Of a DNA stretch of 64,000 nucleotides, positions 57,071 to 64,000 are shown piece after piece. How positions within the stretch are numbered: the stretch's first letter is position 1; every line of letters starts with the position of its first letter. A program made the position numbers and the translations under genes. Location of the stretch: positions 32,001 through 96,000 of IMG/VR virus record IMGVR_UViG_3300037781_000042. One strand, written 5' to 3'. Source of the DNA: a virus. Taxonomy: Duplodnaviria > Caudoviricetes. A model generated the notes under the pieces. That model saw only the letters and a list, made by a program, of their open reading frames with translations. It was not told the origin of the DNA and did no database searches.

Positions 57071-57106
57071 AAAAACAAAAGGCCTCCAGAATTAATCTAT
57101 GAGGCC
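57071..57106 (-). terminator. intrinsic terminator
   Basis: On minus strand, GGCCTC...GAGGCC stem followed by TTTTGTTTTT. Confidence 0.7.
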
Positions 57107-57128
57107 CAGAGGAGGAAATTATTTTTTA

Positions 57129-57454
57129 TTATTCTGATTTTTCTAATAAATCTCGTTTTTTAGTAAGTTCTTTTTCTAGATCAAGTTCAATAGTTCTTAA
57201 TTTGGAGGCAGTATCAAAATTTTGAACATCTACGAAAAATATTTTCTTTTGTTTTGTTTCTTTTATTTTTGCTTCTATTTTTGAGATGTCTTTCATAAGT
57301 TCATAATTATTTACTATTTTAAGAGCTTCTTTTAGAGCATTTATAGTTTCAGAATCGAGAGATTGTTTTAATCCTTCTTTTATTTCTGAATCACTAATAA
57401 CAGAATTTTCTATATGGTGTGTTCTAATTTTTGTTTAATTTTTGAAATTTTCAT
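57129..57454 (-). pseudogene. frameshifted (or non-ATG-start) gene with C-terminal UVR-like motif
   Basis: ATG frame MKISKIKQK joins a ~100-codon frame (IRTHHIENS...FVDVQNFDTASKLRTIELDL) by -1 shift in an A run; span is 326 nt. Confidence 0.5.
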
Positions 57455-57466
57455 TGTATTTCCATT

Positions 57467-57931
57467 TTACTTAGTATTTAATTTTGCGTATTCTTCTTTA
57501 CTTTTTGATATAGCGCGTAGATGATGAATCATACTTGATATAGGGTTTGCTATTTCATCACATTGGATCCATTCAATTAATTTACTTTTCAATTCTTCTT
57601 CTGTTTTAACCCAAAATACGTAACTAATTTTATTTGGATTAATTAACTCAGCTGGTGCAATTTGTATTTCTATATTGTTTTTAGACGTATAATAATTAAA
57701 ATTTAATTTTAATAAAGAATATGTAGAATGTTTATCAGATATACTAAGAATATATGAAATTCTACACGAGTCACTATAAGTATTTGAATCAAAAAATGAA
57801 ACAGAACATTTAAATTCACCATCTGTATCTTTTTCCATAGCATTTGCAATTTCTACTAATATCTTTACTACATTAATATTATCGTCTTCGTTTCCAAATT
57901 TCCAAATTTTACTCATCTTCAAATTCCTCAT
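57467..57931 (-). CDS. hypothetical protein
   Basis: ORF track; true start probably at MSKIWKF. Confidence 0.6.
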   Translation of the reverse strand: MRNLKMSKIWKFGNEDDNINVVKILVEIANAMEKDTDGEFKCSVSFFDSNTYSDSCRISYILSISDKHSTYSLLKLNFNYYTSKNNIEIQIAPAELINPNKISYVFWVKTEEELKSKLIEWIQCDEIANPISSMIHHLRAISKSKEEYAKLNTK

Positions 57932-58328
57932 TGAAATCTAATTTTAAATGTAAATGTTTTCCAATATGACTTTCTAATTCTGTAAATATAGAACGTCCGT
58001 CTTGTACAATATAATCAAATCCACCATATCCACATGTCCATTCAGAATAGCATCCTGAAATATGTTCAGAATATAACATTGAATTTACTGTTTCGGCAAC
58101 TACTTGTTCAAAAGAATAAGTTTCATCAAATTTTTCTTCTGTTACAACATACCTCATAAAAAGTCTTTTACCGTTTACGTGATTTTCCCAATGCTCTTGT
58201 TCATCTTCATCGAATAATTCCATTAACATCTGATAAAGTGATTTATCATCAATTGTAATGTCTTCTATATCGGTACAACATGTTAAACTTACAGATGATC
58301 CTCTACCTATTTTTCCTTTTATTTCCAT
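57909..58328 (-). CDS. hypothetical protein
   Basis: ORF track; G.YSEWTCG motif. Confidence 0.65.
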   Translation of the reverse strand: MEIKGKIGRGSSVSLTCCTDIEDITIDDKSLYQMLMELFDEDEQEHWENHVNGKRLFMRYVVTEEKFDETYSFEQVVAETVNSMLYSEHISGCYSEWTCGYGGFDYIVQDGRSIFTELESHIGKHLHLKLDFNEEFEDE

Positions 58329-58335
58329 TTTCCCT

Positions 58336-59829
58336 TTAATTTGTTATATCTATAATAGTTGTTTTAGGTGGAGTTAACTTTGCTCTTTCTCTTATTTCAG
58401 AAAATTTAGATTTTTGTCTAACTATTTTTCCATTTAAGAAAGCAATTTTTAGTTGATCATCTCCTAGTTCTTCGGACATTGCATATAGTTTAGGATCTGT
58501 AGAAGAAGAAACAGTTACTAAATCTCCTGTTTTAGAATCTTCTATAAGTTTTAGTTTTCCTTTCTTAGAAGACTTTCCTTGATCAGTAATAGGATCTTTG
58601 TAAATATCAATTGTTGTTCCATCTCTTTTTTCTGCATAACATGCTTTAAAAGCAAACTTTAAAGAATCTCTATTTACTTTTTGATGAAGTCCTCCACCCA
58701 TACCAAATACTATATTTGAAGTTGCCCAATTAGAAGTAGTCATCATAGATAAAATATTTCGAATATCTTCTAATCCAATACCGTCTCCCCAGATTAAACC
58801 TATTTGAGGTGGAAGGACTTTATATCCTCTTTCATTTATAGATATTTCTAAATTGTCTTCTAGGATATTTAGTATTCTAGTAAGTACTTTTTTAGGATCT
58901 CCTGAATCCGGTCGAATAACTATCTTTTTAGTTCCTGAAAGAATTTCATCTTTAAATTCTCCACAAACCCAATTTTCTACAACATTATAAATGTTATAAG
59001 AATCTGATACTATAGAAACTATTTTCTCTTCAGGACAAAGGTCAATTAATTTTTTGAATTGATCTTTTTCTCCTTCTTTTCCATTAATTGTCATTACAGA
59101 ATGTTCCGAAGCCATTACTGAATAACCAGGAATTTGCTCTTCCTTTCCATGAAATTTTTCTATAAATCTCATAGCTGATGTTGTATCAGTTCCTAAGAAG
59201 TTTATAAGATGAGCAGCTCCTGCAAGATATGCAGATTCGTGTCCAACAGATCCTCTCATTCCAAAATCATGTAATGCAAAAGGAAGATATGCTTCCATTT
59301 CTTCTGCAGAAAGAGTTAAGAAAGCAAAAGCTGAAATTAGTGCTTTAATTTCTCTTGAAAGTGTAGCTACTGAAGTAGTATACCAAAGATGTGTCAAATA
59401 AGTTTCTACGTAATTAGTTAACCATTTAGCTGTTTCTCCTGGCATATCAGAGTCGGTGTTTTCTACTGTCATTAAAACATTTCCAATTGGAACTACAGAT
59501 CCTTCCGGAACTGCTTTAATTTTTAAAGGTAAAGTTCCGTTATGTTTTTCTAAAAGATAGTTAAATCCTTCTTCATTAAATACTTCATAACCAAAATGAT
59601 TCTTATAGAATTCTTTTGCTTCTTCAATACCTTCTTTAGTAAATTGAATTCCTTCTAGATTTTCTAAAAGATAGTCCAATCCATATACTACTACAGACGG
59701 TTCAGTTATAAAAGGTTCTTTAAATCCTCTTGCTTCAAAATAAGAGTATATTTTAGTTACGTCTTCTGGGTATTGTTGGTGATGACCGACTTTATAAGAG
59801 TCCGATCCATATAATAATTCAAACTTCAT
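58336..59829 (-). CDS. nadV: nicotinamide phosphoribosyltransferase (Nampt/NadV)
   Basis: DSYK.GH..QYP, YFEARG, LHDFGMRG, AHL.NF.GTDT, ASEHS, VSDSY, IRPDSGDP, WGDGI and KDPITD.GK.SKKG motifs. Confidence 0.95.
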   Translation of the reverse strand: MKFELLYGSDSYKVGHHQQYPEDVTKIYSYFEARGFKEPFITEPSVVVYGLDYLLENLEGIQFTKEGIEEAKEFYKNHFGYEVFNEEGFNYLLEKHNGTLPLKIKAVPEGSVVPIGNVLMTVENTDSDMPGETAKWLTNYVETYLTHLWYTTSVATLSREIKALISAFAFLTLSAEEMEAYLPFALHDFGMRGSVGHESAYLAGAAHLINFLGTDTTSAMRFIEKFHGKEEQIPGYSVMASEHSVMTINGKEGEKDQFKKLIDLCPEEKIVSIVSDSYNIYNVVENWVCGEFKDEILSGTKKIVIRPDSGDPKKVLTRILNILEDNLEISINERGYKVLPPQIGLIWGDGIGLEDIRNILSMMTTSNWATSNIVFGMGGGLHQKVNRDSLKFAFKACYAEKRDGTTIDIYKDPITDQGKSSKKGKLKLIEDSKTGDLVTVSSSTDPKLYAMSEELGDDQLKIAFLNGKIVRQKSKFSEIRERAKLTPPKTTIIDITN

Positions 59830-59841
59830 TTTTTATTTCTC

Positions 59842-60033
59842 CTAGGCAATAGGCCCATTGTGTTCATATTCTCCTTCAGGAAGTTCTCCTTCAGGACTAG
59901 TTGCTTCTAAAGTATCTCTTTCATCAAATTGTAATTCTTGTTGAGGTTCTTTTGTAGAATCTTCTTTAGAATTTTGATTATCATTACAGCTTATTAAAAA
60001 TAATAAAGCGATTAAAATTAAATATTTTTTCAT
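59842..60033 (-). CDS. small lipoprotein
   Basis: MKKYLILIALLFLISC lipobox; acidic low-complexity tail. Confidence 0.7.
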   Translation of the reverse strand: MKKYLILIALLFLISCNDNQNSKEDSTKEPQQELQFDERDTLEATSPEGELPEGEYEHNGPIA

Positions 60034-60035
60034 TT

Positions 60036-60230
60036 TTATTTCTCCTCTTTTAAATGTATTGTTGCTGGATGAAAATTGTGAAATTTAGAAATTTCTCTAT
60101 TATCTTTCCACATACATTCAATAGAGCGATATACTAAATCTTCTTCAAGTATTCCAATTATTTTCATATCAGGTCCTCCTGAATTTAATACCACTATATC
60201 ACCTATTTTAAAATTATGTTTTTGTGACAT
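60036..60230 (-). CDS. YodC/DUF2158-family small protein
   Basis: FKIGDIVVLNSGGPDM....C.W motif. Confidence 0.8.
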   Translation of the reverse strand: MSQKHNFKIGDIVVLNSGGPDMKIIGILEEDLVYRSIECMWKDNREISKFHNFHPATIHLKEEK

Positions 60231-60241
60231 GATATGTACCT

Positions 60242-61648
60242 TTAAATAAAATTATTATAAACATATTTATTTAGTCTATAATTGATTTGTCCATAGCTCA
60301 TCCCTGATATTTTAGCCATTTTAGCAATTTTTCCATCTGCTTTGTCAGAAAGCTCTCTTAAATTACTAGCCATTTCAGAATGATTATTTAACTTCGTACT
60401 CAGTTTGATATTCCAATTAAGTTGACTGTTTGAAAGTCTTCCATTTGTAGAATCCTTTTTTGAAGAAGGTCTTCCTTTTTTACCACCTACCTTTAACTTT
60501 CTAGCTCTATATAGTATTTGATCTCTAGTAAGTCCTGATATTTGAGCAGCTTTTTTATAAGTTCCTGCTATTTTTAAAATATCTTTTAGATTTTCTTTTA
60601 CTATTTCTTTTGAATTATTTTTTAAATCTAATTTTTCTTTCCATGTAGGTTCCTTTTTGCCATAACGTTCTGCTATGCTTTTCTTTGGAGTAAAATCTTC
60701 ATCTTCAAAATCTAAAGTAGGTTCGTATTGTTTAATTTTATAAAGATCAATATCATGCAGTTTTTCTTTTAGTCTTTCTGCTAAAATAAAATGTTCATCC
60801 ATTAGATCATCAGAACTTAAAGAATTTAAATCAAACCATTTCAATTCAACTATATCATCACTAGGTCTCGGGGTTCCCCACATATATTCTACAGCATATA
60901 AAGTAGTTAAAGGCTTTACAGCTTCACCACTGTATCTCCAATCATCTACTAATCTAGAAGTAACATATTTTATATCTTGACTTACTTCAATATCGTTTCC
61001 TGCTTCTTCCTTTAATTCTCTTATTGCTGCTCTTTCTAAACTTTCATCTGTAGTATCTACGAAACCTCCAATAAATCTATATTTAGTTTCTCCGTCCTTT
61101 CTAGCAAGTAATACTTTTTCTTCTTGTCTTTTAATTACTGCTATATCTACAGTTGGAATAGGATTAAAATATCTATCATTTACTGAATAGTTAATACCAA
61201 TTCTAAATGCTTCTTCAGCAAGTAAACTATTTTTATGTTCTTCTCTAATTTCTGTTCCGGATACAAATACATCTGTTTCAAGTTCTAAAGTTTCATGAAC
61301 TCCGTGATACCTACTTATAAATGAATCTCTTGATCCATAAAGAACTATTGACCTTCCAGGAAAGATTTCTGAAATTCTTTTATCCAATTCAATAGACCAT
61401 TCTTTATCACTTCTTTTATCTCCTATAGAATGAATAGAAAGTCCTACTTCTGGAAAAGTAGATTGCATCATATTTCTTCTAGTGTTGTAGTCATAAGGAT
61501 TTTTAGGAAGTCCTCTCGTATGTCCTACCCCTAAAAATATTGCAATTTGTTTATGATTATCTAATACTGTTTGAATAGTATTTTTATGTCCTTCATGTAA
61601 ATAAGGAACCTGAAATCTTCCAACAATTATTCCAACATCTGCGCTCAT
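60242..61648 (-). CDS. nadM: bifunctional NMN adenylyltransferase/ADP-ribose pyrophosphatase (NadM-Nudix, NatV-like) with extra C-terminal double HTH
   Basis: GRFQVPYLHEGH, SGT.IR, Nudix box GGFVD..DESLERAAIRELKEEAG, then two Fis-like HTH motifs. Confidence 0.9.
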   Translation of the reverse strand: MSADVGIIVGRFQVPYLHEGHKNTIQTVLDNHKQIAIFLGVGHTRGLPKNPYDYNTRRNMMQSTFPEVGLSIHSIGDKRSDKEWSIELDKRISEIFPGRSIVLYGSRDSFISRYHGVHETLELETDVFVSGTEIREEHKNSLLAEEAFRIGINYSVNDRYFNPIPTVDIAVIKRQEEKVLLARKDGETKYRFIGGFVDTTDESLERAAIRELKEEAGNDIEVSQDIKYVTSRLVDDWRYSGEAVKPLTTLYAVEYMWGTPRPSDDIVELKWFDLNSLSSDDLMDEHFILAERLKEKLHDIDLYKIKQYEPTLDFEDEDFTPKKSIAERYGKKEPTWKEKLDLKNNSKEIVKENLKDILKIAGTYKKAAQISGLTRDQILYRARKLKVGGKKGRPSSKKDSTNGRLSNSQLNWNIKLSTKLNNHSEMASNLRELSDKADGKIAKMAKISGMSYGQINYRLNKYVYNNFI

Positions 61649-61665
61649 TTTTTATTCTCCTCTTT

Positions 61666-62739
61666 TTATAAAATTGTGTTATAGTTCATAAAATTAGGAA
61701 CTATTCTTTTTAAATGAATTGTTATCTCTGCGTTTCTTAAAATAAGAATATCGCCTTTTCGTTCTATGATATGTTTTTTATCAAATCTTCCATCGCGATT
61801 GGATATATCTTCTTCACATTCTATTAGAGAAGATACCCAAATAGAATCATCCTCTGTTATAAAATCTGGAATGCTTTTTTGTTTTAGTTTATATTCTATT
61901 TCTTTATCATTGATTAAAACTTTTGCCAACTCAAAATTGATTAAAGAATTTCTATATCTAATATTTAGAATCTTTAACATTTCATGTATATTTTCTTCTT
62001 TATGAATTAAATAATCTTCTACAATAGTTTGTAAAATATCAAAATTCATTTCAATTAACGGAGAAACTTGAATAATTTTTTGAATCATTGATTCTGGAAC
62101 ATTTAAATCTTCACAATAATCTCTAATAACATCAGTTGAAAGTTCTTCATAAGTAAAATGATAATAAATTCTTCCTGGTCTATTTAAGTAAAATTCATTT
62201 ATTTTATGAAGTTTGTTTTCAGAAAGAAGAATTAATCTTTTAAAACTATTTACACCATCAAATAATGAAAGTAGTTTACTCTGTCCACCTTCTTCATCAT
62301 AATATAAATCAGGATAATTTTTTGCAAATTCATCGAATACTAGAACACATTCTTTTAACGAATTTAGAAAATTTAAAAATTGTTCATCTGTATAGTTTGA
62401 ATTTATAAGAACTATAGGGAGTTCTTTTTCTTCTATAAAAGTGTTTGCTAATTTCTTAATTAACAAAGTTTTACCAGAACCTTTAAGTCCTGTCAAAAGA
62501 ACACCTAAAGAAGTATCTTTTGATTCATAAGTTTTCATAATTCTAGAAATTCTTTTATCTACATCTCCGTATATTTTTTCAGGAAGCTCAAATTTAGGTT
62601 TATTTATTTTTAAAAAATATCCTAAAGAAAGACTATGTTCTACCGAATAAACTCCAGGTGAAATTTTTTCTTTAATCGAATTATCTGCAAAGTTAATAAC
62701 AGATATTTTATCGTTATCGTGGATGTATCTAGTTTTCAT
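61666..62739 (-). CDS. AAA+ ATPase
   Basis: Walker A GLKGSGKT, Walker B LVFDEF, and NRPGRI.Y. Confidence 0.9.
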   Translation of the reverse strand: MKTRYIHDNDKISVINFADNSIKEKISPGVYSVEHSLSLGYFLKINKPKFELPEKIYGDVDKRISRIMKTYESKDTSLGVLLTGLKGSGKTLLIKKLANTFIEEKELPIVLINSNYTDEQFLNFLNSLKECVLVFDEFAKNYPDLYYDEEGGQSKLLSLFDGVNSFKRLILLSENKLHKINEFYLNRPGRIYYHFTYEELSTDVIRDYCEDLNVPESMIQKIIQVSPLIEMNFDILQTIVEDYLIHKEENIHEMLKILNIRYRNSLINFELAKVLINDKEIEYKLKQKSIPDFITEDDSIWVSSLIECEEDISNRDGRFDKKHIIERKGDILILRNAEITIHLKRIVPNFMNYNTIL

Positions 62740-63307
62740 CGGTTACTTCTTTTTCTCCCCATTGTATAAAAATATCCTTTGTATCATTACCATTTGTGTT
62801 TTTATAAGTATTTAGAACGCGATAATAGATTTCATTTTCATCTAAATATTCTTTCACTATTTGAAATTGAGATTGATTATATTTTTGAGTAGAAACTTCT
62901 ACTCCTTCTATAACAGTAGAAATTGCTCCTTCTTCAGCAGCTTTAGACATAAAGTGATATATGTCCAATTCTATACGATCTTTACGTATAGGTTCATTTC
63001 TAGCTACTTTTTCTTGTAATTTTTGTTTTAGTTCAGTACTCATTTTTACTCCTTTGTTTATTCTATCATCTTGAAAAACTTTATATTTATTTTCCCAATA
63101 TATTTGATTTCCTTGGTCGTCAAATTCGTTTTTTGCCCAAAGTCCCATAGAATTTATCATATAAATTTGATTGCCATTTTTATCATATTCTCTCTTTGTC
63201 CAGAAACCTGAACTATTTTCATGGTATATTAGATTTCCATTTTTATCGTATAATTCTATAGGATATTTTATTTTTCTAAATAAATTTCTTACTTCCATTT
63301 TAAACAC
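62729..63307 (-). CDS. hypothetical protein with YD.NGN.IY repeats, probably two fused genes
   Basis: Three ~22-aa repeats, then an internal AGGAG-ATG at 63043. Confidence 0.55.
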   Translation of the reverse strand: MFKMEVRNLFRKIKYPIELYDKNGNLIYHENSSGFWTKREYDKNGNQIYMINSMGLWAKNEFDDQGNQIYWENKYKVFQDDRINKGVKMSTELKQKLQEKVARNEPIRKDRIELDIYHFMSKAAEEGAISTVIEGVEVSTQKYNQSQFQIVKEYLDENEIYYRVLNTYKNTNGNDTKDIFIQWGEKEVTDEN

Positions 63308-64000
63308 CTTCTATTAAATAGGGTTTACGCATATAATTATCTTTTGAATCGGGATCTTCTTCTAAAATAAATATCAAAGTATCTTTTTCTAATTTACGTT
63401 CTAGTACATATTTATCTTCCCGTCTTTCAATAATGTTTTCTGAATCTAAAGAAAATCCTCTGTTTAACTCTTCTCCGAATAAAATCTTTTCTATTTTTTC
63501 ATCTTCAAATTCTAAATATCCTTTACGAAGCTTCGTGTTCCATCCATTTCCAATGAAATCTTCAAAAAGTCTTTTTTGTTTAAATTTAACTTCTTTATCA
63601 TTTAAATATAATTTAGATACTTTGAATTTAGTATATCCTCTATCTATAAATTCAACATTTAAATGTTTAAATGAATTATAAAACTTTGGTTCTCTGTGAA
63701 TTTTGTAATCATCTACCAATGCTTGTAGAATATCAAAATTAAAGTCTACTATACTACTAGACATAGAAGCTAATTCATTAGCAAGATTTTCAGGAACTCC
63801 ATGATCTATACAATATTCTTTAACTGTATCTACATCTAAATTAGAATATTTATAGTGATAAAGAATTCTGCCCGGTCTATTTTTAAAATACCTACAAACA
63901 TCATAAGCATTATTTTCTGTTAAAATTATTAATCTTTTATAGTCACTATTTACTCCATCAAATAATGAAAGCAAACTTGCTTGATTTTCATGTCTTCCAT
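63300..64000 (-). CDS. AAA+ ATPase paralogue, C-terminal part (truncated by window edge)
   Basis: LLSLFDGVNS..KRLI.L.EN and NRPGRI.YH shared with 61666-62739; frame is open to the window end. Confidence 0.85.
   Translation of the reverse strand, partial: GRHENQASLLSLFDGVNSDYKRLIILTENNAYDVCRYFKNRPGRILYHYKYSNLDVDTVKEYCIDHGVPENLANELASMSSSIVDFNFDILQALVDDYKIHREPKFYNSFKHLNVEFIDRGYTKFKVSKLYLNDKEVKFKQKRLFEDFIGNGWNTKLRKGYLEFEDEKIEKILFGEELNRGFSLDSENIIERREDKYVLERKLEKDTLIFILEEDPDSKDNYMRKPYLIEGV

Noticed and set aside
770-62005. Short opposite-strand ORFs in the track overlapping confident genes (e.g. 770-1012, 13431-13658, 34111-34296, 44845-45033, 45659-45964, 55620-56006, 61766-62005, 63433-63681)
   Set aside because: Phe/Leu/Ser-rich antisense shadows of AT-rich coding strands with no initiation signals.
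1-64000. Stop-codon reassignment as seen in some jumbo phages
   Set aside because: Coding density is high and conserved proteins (capsid, Nampt, ClpP, primase) are full length in the standard code.

Overview
Strongly AT-rich 64 kb segment of a large T4-like (myovirus-type) jumbo bacteriophage genome, read in the standard bacterial code. The host cannot be determined from the sequence. Plus-strand blocks carry replication and accessory genes (DnaJ fragment, gp61-like primase, GT2, dNMP kinase, ClpP, SPFH) and structural genes: two collagen-like fibre proteins, three RCC1-repeat proteins, glycosyltransferases, a gp21-like prohead protease fused to a scaffold, a gp23-like major capsid protein, a 1917-aa virion protein with a zinc-metallopeptidase motif, a baseplate/tail protein and a gp6-like wedge. 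Two minus-strand blocks (30.9-38.9 kb and 51.9-64 kb) hold small early-type genes, an ECF-like sigma factor, a tRNA-like RNA, an NAD+ salvage pair (Nampt plus an NMNAT-Nudix with an extra double-HTH tail) and two AAA ATPases. Three separate upstream motif classes (putative early, middle and late promoters) are visible. The best candidate for an undescribed system is at 44.5-46.4 kb: a transposase-less TnpB with intact catalytic motifs sits between two diverged alleles of the 3' end of the 1917-aa gene. The upstream allele completes the gene. The downstream allele abuts the predicted omegaRNA end and would supply the guide, and the two alleles differ exactly in that guide region. This architecture suggests an RNA-guided homing (cleave-and-rescue) element. 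Other strong leads are a nested scaffold gene with its own late promoter, a ~130-nt tRNA-like RNA, and a Shine-Dalgarno dichotomy between early/middle and late genes. All functional calls come from motif recognition by eye; no searches were run.
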